Source of the DNA: Saccostrea echinata
Taxonomy: Eukaryota
Direction: 5' to 3'
Assembly: GCF_033153115.1 (NCBI RefSeq)
Contig: NW_026889803.1
Location: forward strand, 7,626,001-7,690,000
Length of the DNA stretch: 64,000 bases
Positions within the stretch are counted from its first letter, which is position 1, and each line of letters begins with the position of its first letter. Below, piece by piece: positions 11,081 to 22,400 of the stretch. Made by a program: the position numbers and the translations under genes. The notes under the pieces were generated by a model that saw nothing but the letters and a program-made list of their open reading frames with translations, did not search any database and was not told the origin of the DNA.

Positions 11081-13792
11081 CTACGACTCCTGGAGGTACA
11101 TCTTCCGTCTCTGTAACCTAAAAAGTCAAAGGTTTCACTATGTAATGAGCATATTGACTTTGCATGGTAATCAAATTTTTGACAAGGTGCAAAGAACTAA
11201 AGCTAAGTGTCATGTGAATAATTTTTAAAAAATATAAATTAATATACATGTAGTTAAGTGTACATACAAAGACATTTAACAATTCATTTCGGATTTACAC
11301 TTGCATTCATCTAGAAAAATAAAGATTCATGATGTTAGCAAACCGAGATAGTTTAGAATTAGCAGATTAGGATATGACTACCCAGCAAAATAGAGATTTA
11401 GAATAGAAGCGTCCAAAATATCCTCCATAGAGAGTGATAGAGATGTCGTTACATTGTACAACTTATTGATACCATCCTCATGTTTATAAAGAATTTTAGG
11501 AACAAATATAAACAATAAAAGCTTCATTTTGTGAAATTTTAAGCAGACTCTACTTTGTGCACTGTAGAATTCATTTACTGCGTGATGAAGAAAGATATCT
11601 TTATTCTAATAACACTGTACAATATTAAATGGTGTTCTCACAACATCTACAGGTATACCTGACAAACAGTTCTGGTGTAAAATAATCCCTGTGCAAGCAA
11701 TTTAAAATATATAAAATGGAAATGTTAATTACAAGTATGATCAAATTATTAAATGATTAAAAATGATTAGACCTATGTTGAAATCTTATACCATATCTCA
11801 TATTTAAAAAATCGTTTGTGTTTTGCCCCCCCCCCCCAAAAAAAAAAAAACAACAACACTTAATTGTTGTAACATAATGATATCTATGTATCGATAAATA
11901 ACTCATTTCGTCATTTAAATCCGAAAGTTTCATTCAATTCGTTCGTTTGAAACTGTATTTACATTCATATTAAAAACATTAGACTTTCGATGAATTCATT
12001 AGGCCACTCCCAAGTTTTTTTTTCTCTTTTTTTTTAGCGTCCGCCAATTATTCAAGAACCTTACCTACCTATTCACAAATAAACACATACCGAAAATTAA
12101 CACACTTTATACTATAGTTATAAACACGACATCATTCAAAGGATTTGATTTCATTATTCTATTCATTGTTGTAAGAAACATTCCTTTGCAAAATCAGGGT
12201 AGTAAATGCAAACTATATACAAATGTACCTAATTTGACGGTTTCTCAACAAACATGGAAAGTATCACTTTCTGGACCACAGATTTTATTTGCGTTTCTTC
12301 CTCGAGATACTATGGAGCACATGGAAGCTTACGCAACAAATTGATTATATCGCGTTGTGTTTCTTATTTGATGAGGGATGACACTTTGCTAAGAGAAAGA
12401 TCTCTGAAATGGAGAAAAATTACTGTTTTCCTTACAAGTTTTTAGTTTGGGAATAATTCGTTTCAAAATGCCTCAAATTAAACTTGCATATCAGGTAAGA
12501 GAGTGTCATTCTCTCATAAAAAATTTTGAACACAGATTTCTACGTATAAATTTTTTGTTTGGCATATTATGTATCCCTTGGTACATTATTACTAGTATCC
12601 AAAGAAATATCACTCGAGCACTATTGACGATATTTACTTACGTAGTGAGTATTGGAACAGTTTTTGTACGCGCCGCAAATCGATCAGAATACTCTGAGTA
12701 ATAAGGGAATTTATCCTGTCTATCGAGAATTTTGGATTCATTAAATTTTCTAATCTGCTCGTACTCGGCAGATGTCTTTGGATTTATGTCTTGTAAAATC
12801 TGGGTTCTGTTCAGCGGCACCGAGGATCCAAACCACGTTACTGAGTCTGGAAAGAAATAAAGATACTCAAATGAAAAAAAAGTCATAGAAAAGGCAGGAT
12901 TATTTAATTTCACGGACAGATATTTATTGTCAAATACAGCCAATTTTCTCACTTGGATTTCGGAGGGCATAATATCCTTCTGCAGGTCGACCATACGACA
13001 TGTTGATTTGTCCTGGCAAGTTTGTTGGTTGTCTTCGGTAGAGCTCGGTTGTCAAAAATCGATTAGGGTCCTCTGGTTTGTTAAAATGTTGTATCGTCCT
13101 GTTTCCTAAACAAAAAAATGTCAACAATTACTTCAAATACTTGAAAAATAATTACAATTGATTCCTAGATAGAAACAACGTAGTTTTAAAATTTTAAACA
13201 AAATAATTTTTAAAAATCATTATCATTGATGACAATTTTTTTTGAAGACCTACCAACTTTATCTGGACCCCATCTCTCGGAAGCGCCATGTCGACAAGTG
13301 TTATGGAGCTGGGGTGGATCTCGCTGCCATTGGGTGTCTATCCAACAGAAGGGTTCTTTTTGATTGTGTCCCCGGAACAGATTCTGGTTTGTGTTCGTGG
13401 CATATCTGTCTCTGTACCAGCCCTTCTCGGGGTAAGGTTTCTCGGTCTTCGTGAAAAAAAATGCACCGGGATCCTAGAATATCAAGCAAATGTAATCAAG
13501 GGCAATTTCAAGTAGTCATCCAAGGCAATATGAGGTAGCCATCCAGGGCAATTTCAAGTATACTTATAGCTCTAAAGCTTTTTAAAATCATCATCGTTTA
13601 TACGTGCAAAACTGTCCAAGAAGATTGAAAAGGATTTTTATAAAAGGCAAGATTTTTTTTTCAATGAAGCAATTAATGATAAAAAGTAAATACCCTAGGA
13701 ATATTGTTGATTTGTTTGTCTGTTAGAGTTGTGTAAGGATCACGGGGTGTCCGTGGCTTCTTTGTTATCATGTCTATTCCCAGAGAAGCCAT
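11081..13792 (-). CDS. Uncharacterised ~237-aa protein, candidate axonemal/sperm microtubule-associated protein
   Basis: Phase-consistent GT-AG exons 13792-13694 (GCACCATGG Kozak; MASLGIDMITKKPRTPRDPY...), 13473-13254, 13105-12953, 12846-12642, then terminal exon 11117-11081 (T-LQRRKMYLQES*) or 12403-12364 (T-DLSLSKVSSLIK*). Minus-strand AATAAA at 10873-10868. Non-coding first exon probably ends at 15289 or 15255. The function call is inference only. Confidence 0.8.
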
Positions 13793-13984
13793 GGTGCCAG
13801 GCTGTCAAGTAAATAAAATCAGCCGCTAAAGCATTTATAATTTTATCAGATCTACATGGACAAAAATTAAAGGTACATGTATGATGTACATACTGTATCT
13901 AATGTACAGAAGGACAAATCTAATAAAGTTGGTTTTATTTTTTTTTCTTCAAGAAGATGCAAATAGTTCGAAAAATACCATCCC

Positions 13985-14318
13985 CTCCATTTATATTTTT
14001 CAGTCAATTAAAAGTAAATTTCCAAATTTCTCGGCATTAGATGATGAACAAAAAAAACTTTTTTGGTTACTCAGTACTGAAGACAAAGAAACTCTTAATT
14101 CTGTGGGCAAATTCATAAATGATTACATGTAGTAGCCATACACTTTTATATATAGTATTCCCTTTAACTGAAATAGTACAATATTATTGTTGAAATGAGC
14201 AATGTCATTTACAAATTGTTATACTATCCATTGGCATATCTTTTCTTTATTATTGTAATAATTTCATACTTGTCTGTTATGTGCTCTAAATTAGAAAATA
14301 AATGTTCTGTTCTGTTCT
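13985..14318 (+). mobile_element. 5'-truncated CR1/L2-like LINE 3' end
   Basis: ORF tail FPNFSALDDEQKKLFWLLSTED...VGKFI resembles the CR1 ORF2 C-terminus. Ends in AATAAA followed by a (TGTTC)3 tail. Confidence 0.5.
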
Positions 14319-14321
14319 ATA

Positions 14322-14587
14322 CAGGCCCGTAGGAAGCAATTTCAGTTGGGGGGGGGGGGGCACAGCCATATATTTTTAGTTGAGGGGGCACTATCAACCA
14401 AAAATTCCTTGACAAGCAAAAAAAAAAAAAAAAAAAGGTCATCAGACTTTTTTTCTTGAGGGAGCACAAGCATTCGAGTATAGTAGCTATGTTTTCTGCA
14501 GTAATCTATATATCGGCAAAATTATTGGGGGGGGGGGGGGGGCACGGCCCCCCCGTGCCCCCCCCCCCCCCGGTTCCTACGGCCATG
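14322..14587. mobile_element. MITE with poly-G/poly-C tracts
   Basis: TIR CAGGCCCGTAGGAA / TTCCTACGGCCATG; 5-bp TSD CTATA at 14317-14321 and 14588-14592. Confidence 0.75.
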
Positions 14588-14942
14588 CTATAAGGAAGAA
14601 CCATATTTAAAGAATGCAAATACATGTGGAGGGGGTGGTGTATATATGTATATACATGTAATTCGATTTTGGGCTTTATTTGCAACTTATTGTTAAAATA
14701 TCAGGTGGCTTTGCATACATACCACAACTATAAAATGTTACTAAATATAGGGGAAGAAATTATGTTAGAGCTGTAGCTGTGCCAAATTCAAGTGAGTAAA
14801 TCAAATTGTTAAACTGTATACCTAAAAGCATAAAGAAAAGTAAATAGTGATGATCGAATAGTGTATAAAAAACCCATTGATTTCTGATATTATAAAAAAT
14901 CGTAATTTTATCTTTTAATTATAACTAATGTGCTTAGACTAC

Positions 14943-15094
14943 NNNNNNNNNNNNNNNNNNNNNNNNNNNNNNNNNNNNNNNNNNNNNNNNNNNNNNNNNN
15001 NNNNNNNNNNNNNNNNNNNNNNNNNNNNNNNNNNNNNNNNNNNNNNNNNNNNNNNNNNNNNNNNNNNNNNNNNNNNNNNNNNNNNNNNNNNNNN
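14943..15094. other. Assembly gap (N run)
   Basis: 152 consecutive N. Confidence 1.
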
Positions 15095-15302
15095 ACGGGT
15101 CGTGCACGTTCACGCGGCCCGAAGCCGTGAGGTGCTCAACCTTAAAACATGTAATGAAATTATTCAGTTGTATAATCTACTCTATCATATAATAGCGTCT
15201 TTGTTATATATTAATATACATAAATTATCGAGACATTTAACAGTTTCTCCTCACCTGTATCACCGATATCCGAGTGATTATTACGTACCTTGCCCAGCAA
15301 AT

Positions 15303-15784
15303 TGTTTACACCGGAAGTAGTTGGTTGCTACAACGATATTAAGCCAATCTTGGCAACCGTTTGCAGAGAACGTAGAAGGGGGCAAAATCACACAATCAAA
15401 TAACTTTTTAAAGAAATTCTGGCTACAACTAGTGAACAAAAAAATGTTTGTTTTAAACGCGCATCTTTTTTTTATGTAGCTGGTAAAATTAATAACTGAA
15501 TACCGAATAAAATATCAATATAATACTTTGACTTGAGTAAGCTACATCAACATATATAATCATTTACAATAAATACACAAAAAGAGAAAATAATGAAGAG
15601 AAGCAATGTTCATTAAGCTTAGAAGCGAAATAAAAACATGTCTCTGTTTTCATGCAACACAAAATGTAGATCGGGTTCGATATTACATAGGTAGATAAGT
15701 ACGCATGCGTTGAATTCGGAAACTCCAAAATCTCCGCGAAAATTCGGCTGGTTGAAGGTTGCCAGACGTTATACTGATATTGAG
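15303..15784. promoter_or_regulatory. Bidirectional promoter region between the minus-strand gene and GMPS, including GMPS non-coding exon 1 (~15720-15784)
   Basis: Forkhead TGTTTAC 15303-15309, ETS CCGGAAGT 15311-15318, X-box-like GTTGCTACAACGAT 15324-15337, CCAAT 15344-15348, TGGCAAC 15351-15357. NRF1-like ACGCATGCGT 15701-15710 is followed by a CpG-rich segment and donor GAG|GTAAAA at 15784. Confidence 0.55.
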
Positions 15785-16574
15785 GTAAAAATGTAATCTT
15801 AATAGATAATGAGACTTTTATTGGTTGATCTTAATCATTTTTGCTTAGAAAAAGGATGTGCTTACCGATATTTTTCTCGCAGTATAATCTTAGCATGAGC
15901 TCAAACAAATAACAGTACACTATCGTAGTTCGATTATCTACTCCTGTGCACATCCTGCCAAGGGTAGACTTGAGCGTTGTGTCACGCATATTCAATTTTC
16001 TTATTTTTAATCTAACCCACATTAAAACGCCATCTGGATCCTTATTTCACTTGTTTTAGTAAACATGGTAAAAATATAGTTACTGGTAGCTTTACATTGC
16101 CACTGAAGTTCTACAAACAAAACCAACAAAGCAGCTAAATCAGATAATAGACTCGATAGCCCATTCTTTCAACAAAACTTAATTATAATGACTAAGTTTA
16201 GCTAAAGAAAGTATCTTTTTTATTTCACTTCGCTATGTAGCAAAATAGATGACTTTCACATTTACAAAAGTTATTTCCCTTTGAGGGGTTAATCTGGGGT
16301 CAGCCGCCGTTAGACGCTGTTTTCCCACTACACCATTACCAACTTAATGGGACAATGTCTTACAAATGAAATCTGTATGAATATGTTACGTTTTTTATGT
16401 TGCCCCATACTATGGCAATACAGGAACAGATTAAAATTGTTGGATAGCGTTTAAAGGTTGAAAATATTTACAGGTAAGTTACAAAGGTTTTAGTGAGAAA
16501 AATGAGCATTACTCAGACAATGGGAGATAACTCTTACGAATGTGAAATTTGTCTATGCCTAAAGGGATATTAAC

Positions 16575-18174
16575 TAGGCCTGGGACGATATATCGATTCT
16601 GTATGAGGATGATACATCTATCGATTTGTATGAAGAATATCTAAATATCGCCAAAAAATTTTGTCTTATAACAGGTTTAATAGACACAACAAATGAGCCC
16701 TTTTGTATACACAATAAGTACTACGCTTGACCAGGATTGACACCTATGACGTCAGAGCAATGGCGCGTAACATCGGCGATCAAAATATGCATATTGAGAA
16801 ATTCAAACTTTGAATCGCTGAAACATCAAAAATATTAATTTTCTAGCAAAGATTTTTAAATATATGACTTAGCATGTAAACTTTGTCATATCAAAAAATT
16901 TTGAGACGTGATAAAAACCCTTTAACATTTTGGGTTTAACATAAAATAAATATACTAAATATAAATATGAAGTACATAATAATTAACAATAATAAATACA
17001 AATTTGTTTTAGAACAGATATACAACATTTTTGAATAATTTATTCTTATTTGTGAAGAAATTTTTGTTCATTTCAATACAAAAAAATTTTTATAACCAAT
17101 TCAACATGTCGTGATACATTATACATATCTTGTACCATAGGACTGGCGGTAAATTTAGATTTTGCTTTCATGTTGCTGTGGTGTATTTGCCAGAAGAATC
17201 ACAGTTTTTTTTAAGTCACGCCCACCTTTTGGCATCAAGCCATACTGTGTCAAGACCTTGACTAATGAATGAATGATGTCAATTTCAAGACCAAGGCAAT
17301 GGCTGATGAATGAATTAAGTCAACATTTTAAATTTCAAAAATACTAACATTATTTAGCTTGTCGGTGTCCGCTTCATAAATGGTTTTGTATGTTTTCTCC
17401 GCGTATCCTTAATCAGTAAATGATACGTCCTATCTCAAATTCTCATCATTTTCTTTCCCGTCTCCAAATACATATAGCAATTTCACATCAGAAGTCCCCG
17501 CATTTTTTTTACTTCCAATACCATTTCAAACTTTCATTAAAATGTCACAAATCATTTCATTTTTTTCTGTACGCCGATTGCCATAAAGAAAAAGTTCAAT
17601 GCCAATGTTTCCTATATCCATCCCCCCTTTTTTCCAAAAAAAAAAAAAAAAAACCGATCTAGAAAGATAACTTTTCTTTCAGAGTTGACGGCTTGAACAT
17701 AAAAGCATACAATCGCTACCCCTATACCTGTACCTGACAAAAATCATGTTTTCTGCGTCTTCAACATTTCAAAGGTACAATATCTTCACACGTACCATGC
17801 AATTCCGATTTTTTTATCAACAACTTGTAGTAGCAGTGCCGCAGTAAAGTATGATCCTTGCAGATGGAGACAGCTATTTATACAGACTCCGGACCGTGTC
17901 TTGACACCTCGTAGTAGGCGGTGCTATTTATCAACTCGCTTTTCTCTCATTGGTCCTCTGGTACAAGTAACTTACACAATAGATATTAATTGGTTAGCTG
18001 TAAATACACTCACAGTTTTTATTCACTCGGGGCTCCGCCCCTCGTGAATGAAAAACTGTGAGTGTATTTACAGCTAACCAATTAATATCTATAGTGTAAC
18101 TATAACTTATTGTGGCTCAAATATCATGATATGTATCAAATGAATATAGAAAAAGTTGTATCGTCCCAGCCCTA
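16575..18174. mobile_element. hAT-like non-autonomous DNA transposon in a GMPS 5' intron
   Basis: TIR TAGGCCTGGGACGATA / TATCGTCCCAGCCCTA; 8-bp TSD ATATTAAC (16567-16574) vs AAATTAAC (18175-18182), 7/8 match. Confidence 0.75.
17972..18099. repeat. Near-perfect 128-bp palindrome nested in the hAT-like element
   Basis: 42-bp perfect arms (17979-18020 vs 18051-18092) and an inner GGGGC-TCC-GCCCC stem-loop. Confidence 0.9.
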
Positions 18175-19474
18175 AAATTAACTGTAGTGACATGGCTACC
18201 ATAAACACAGCCAAGAATTTTCATTCTTAATGTGACTAAAGTAGCTGAATATAAGTGAGCTAAGTCTTAAGGAACTTAGTTAAATTTTTATTATAGTTGA
18301 GTAATTTTTGTTGGAAGGCACGGACATACTGAAAAAAAAGGTTTTTAATAAATTAACACTTGTGCTGATTGTTCAATGTCGTTTGTTCTTATAAAAGTTC
18401 AATTTCATTATGTAACACTAGTTCTGGAACTATTTTGTATAGATTGTAAGTGAGGGCATGCCTGAGAGTTGTTAGAGTATTGTAACTAGTATACAAGGTG
18501 TTGTCTTATTGCTACTTAATTGTCACATAAAACATTAGTACTTATGACAGCTAGTGCACCTAAAAAATAAAAATCATTGAAAAGGATGCTGAACCAAGAT
18601 TTTGCTCTGCTCTGTGTTTTGATCGCAATTCTATTATCCTTCTGATTTGGCATAAAGATTTTGAATTATATAATTACATGCATCATTATCTTCAAATTTA
18701 CATTTTAAGCAAAATGTGTCAGTTCTGGAACAGAAGAAAATTCAAAGCATTTTATCAAATTTTCATCTCATCAAATTTCAGATAAGTTTTCAGACAAGTT
18801 TTTATCAATAATAGCTTTTTCAAAGAATTTGGCAATGTTTGGAATTGCCTTAATTTCTAATCTGTTGTGCAGTTTCTAATTTGTTGCATAATCCCATTAT
18901 AAGGTACATTGAGCTCTTGCAAATTGCCTAGAGCACTTAACCCAGGTGCCACAGATGTAGATGTGACCCCAGTAACATGTTTATATCCTTGGCAATAACA
19001 TATACATCTTAGTATATGCATGAATTCAAACATGAAACAAAACCAAGGCATAATGTGTGGTTTTATGTGTATATTTTCACTTCTGGGTATATAACTTGGG
19101 CTAAAATTAATTGTAAGAGATAATCTGGTATGTTATAATTCTTTTAGTTTTTCTAATTATATTTTATCAAATGACCAAAGATACAAAAAAATGGGGGTTA
19201 ATGATTTATTTTGTGCATATAGAGTGCACATTGTACGTAGAACAATGGTTTTATAGACAAATTATCCAACTGTGGAAGAGGGCTGTGGGTGTTGAGTTGT
19301 CACTGGGATCAAATTTGTACTCTATTACTACTGGTTTTCAGAATCATTAAGTCTGTTTTGCAACATGAATAATAGGTGAATATAATAAATTTGATCCATT
19401 AGAAAATAGATACATGATATCCATTCCTATGTTTTAGACAGCAGCTGCTGCATGTCAATGATTACTGGAGGGGG

Positions 19475-22400
19475 ATGAAGAGATCAAATGGATGTAATGA
19501 CATCAATGGAGGGGGAGACAACTCAGAGAGGGTGGCAATATTGGATGCAGGGGCCCAGTATGGCAAGGTAGACTATTGTATTGTAGTATATAGATTCCTT
19601 TTCAGATTTATGAAATAAATACTGGATAAAGTCACAAAGGATAAAAAATTCAATTCTTTCACCAAAATGAGTTTAATTTTTTCCTTTTTAAAACAGAATT
19701 TTCATGTCAAATATAGCATGGTGATATTATGTAGATTCAAGATTTTTCAATAGTTGCTTAGTAAAGAAACTATAGAACTTTTTCAACCTGTAAAGAGTAT
19801 TAAACCCTTAGCTGGTGAAAAATTCAAAATGTATTCCTCTCAACTTCGTACTGCCATGTACCAACTTGTAGTTATAGGAACATAAGGTCAAGGATAATCA
19901 ATAATGCATGTACTTTAACATGTAATGAGAAAATTTAGGGCCATTATCATTCTATTTCAGGTGATTGATAGAAGAGTTCGAGAGCTCAACATAGAATCTG
20001 AAATTCTACCGTTAGATACTCCAGCATTTGCACTAAAAGAGGGAGCTTACAAGTATGTAAAAAGAATGATTGTGATCTGTGATATACCTAGTTTATAATA
20101 CATGCACATCTGTGTTTTTCATATGAAATAAAGAAGGAGTGAATTAATCCATAAAAATATTGAGATATTGTTGAGCTGTCATTTTATCCGATTTCAGCAA
20201 ATAGGATGTTTGACTATTTCTTAATGGTATATTTGAGGAAACTTATATGCATAAAGTATACAAGGAAAAAAAGCAAATAACAAAAAAACTATGTATGGAT
20301 TATGTACATAATTATCATTTAATTTTGATAATTAAAGTTGAAATAAAGATGTATCAAATAAATATTATGAGTAAAGAGAACTGTTACAGTTTACATTGTA
20401 CATTGTAGAGCGATTATCATATCAGGGGGACCTAACTCTGTCTATGCTGAGAATGCTCCAAGATATGACCCTGAAATATTTACCTGTGGACTTCCAGTTT
20501 TAGGGATTTGTTATGGAATGCAGGTAAACATAACACTTGTTTGACCCATTGACAAAGTGTTTGGCATTTATAGCCATGTCTGGTACAGGGAGTCTGTCAT
20601 TTTAGAAAGACAACTTTGTACAAAATCTTTCTCTGCTATACCTACAAATACTTTAAAGCTAGATAAAAGTGACTCATTGAATGAAGATAAGTGACAGACC
20701 AAGTTCAAGTTTGTTCTCCTTTGTTCCCCTTATTTTCTTGGAATTGTATATGCAATCCTCAATTTATAAATAATAAATTTAGTAATATATATGTCCTACT
20801 TAAACCAAACTTTCATGGATATTGATCTGGGGATGCTTGTAACAAGAAAAAATTTGATGTGAGATTTGCCTCACTTATAGATAACATTCGTCCAGATGAG
20901 CTTCATTATCTTTGATTACTTATGTTTTATGGATGATAGTACAAATATTACAGGTTTTTTTTATATAAAGATGCAGCATTGAGAGGGGGATTCTATATTT
21001 TAAGACAAAGTGTTTTAAAATGTTGAGATTTGTCCTGAGGGATAGAAATGGATGCATTTAAATCTGAGACATTATGTAGATTTTGTTTCAGAATTGTATT
21101 TTGTCTCTTATTGTTTATCAGATGCTTAATAAAGAATTTGGTGGTACCGTTCATCGTAAAGAAGCAAGAGAAGATGGACAGTTCACTATAACTATTGACA
21201 CAAACTGTTCATTGTTTAGGTAAAGTTTACAGTCATTGCCATAAAGTATTTATTTTTTCAATGTCACTAGTTGTTGACAAAGAAATAATCTGACAATTGT
21301 AAGTCTATTTTGAGTTTTTAATTGTTAGTAATCTTTTTTTTTTCAGGTCCTTGAAGAAAGAACAGAATGTGCTGCTAACACATGGTGACAGTATAGACAC
21401 TCTTGCCAAGGGTTTCACTGCTGTAGCTCACTCAGGAAACATCATTGCAGGTCAGGACTTAAAAAAATTTATTGTGGAAAAAGAGGTGACCGAGTCAAAA
21501 TGTTCAAGGTCATAAAAATGATGTTGATTGTGCACTCTGTCCTGTACCAAACAAGTTGTAACAAATTTACCTAACAAGAAATAAAAAAAAAAAATCATAC
21601 CAGGTAATTGAATTTTTAACGATTTTTTTTTTTTTTTATCTCAGACAAGAATTGCCAACAAAGCAGGTGTTTTTTCTTTTCTTTTGAAATTCAAATTAAA
21701 TAATATTTGTAGGTATTGCCAGTGAAGATAAAAAGTTATATGGAGTTCAATTCCACCCAGAGGTGGATTTAACAGATCAAGGGAAAGAAATGATGAGCCA
21801 CTTCTTGTTTGACATTGCCAAGTGTAAAGGAACATTCACTATGCAGGGAAGGGAAGCAGAATGTCTGAAATATATCAAAGAAGTTACAGGAAACCACAAA
21901 GTCCTGGTATATACAGATTCATCTTATTTCTACCACAAACTTCCTTATGTGTGTCTACATTCATTGTAACACAGTAGGGTCATATAATTGAAAATTTCTA
22001 TTATGATAAATAGAATTGCATGTAAAACCAATTTTGTTGAAGAAGAATCCCCACCTTGTTCATTACTGTTGCAGGTAAAATAAATGGGGACCCAGCATCT
22101 GTGGAACAGATTCCATACAGTTATTACTGTTTTTATTTGCCTCTCAATATTTATATGTGATGCAATGAGTAGAGTACTTCCAATACAAATATTTACTACA
22201 GAGGGAAAGGATGGTTGAGTTGATGAATAAGAACAAAAGGTCAAGATTATTGATGTTTGTCAACTCTTTAATGTAACTTGTTTACATAAGTTCTTCTAAC
22301 CAAATGCCTCTTAATTCAGTACAGACTGGGACATTTTTTTGTGGCTTGATGCCTCAGGCTCTATCTTCTTAACTATTGAAATTATAAATACTATAGAGGA

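Noticed and set aside
12229-12403. Stop-codon readthrough or alternative genetic code (protein-like frame with TAA, TAG, TAG that would join 11117 in phase)
   Set aside because: GMPS and all other genes here use the standard code. Three stops are better explained as UTR or intron sequence.
13496-13560. Three ~23-bp repeats (GGCAATTTCAAGTAG.CATCCA) upstream of an acceptor
   Set aside because: Short intronic tandem duplication with no evident function.
14928-15320. ORFs spanning the N run
   Set aside because: Artefacts of translating an assembly gap.
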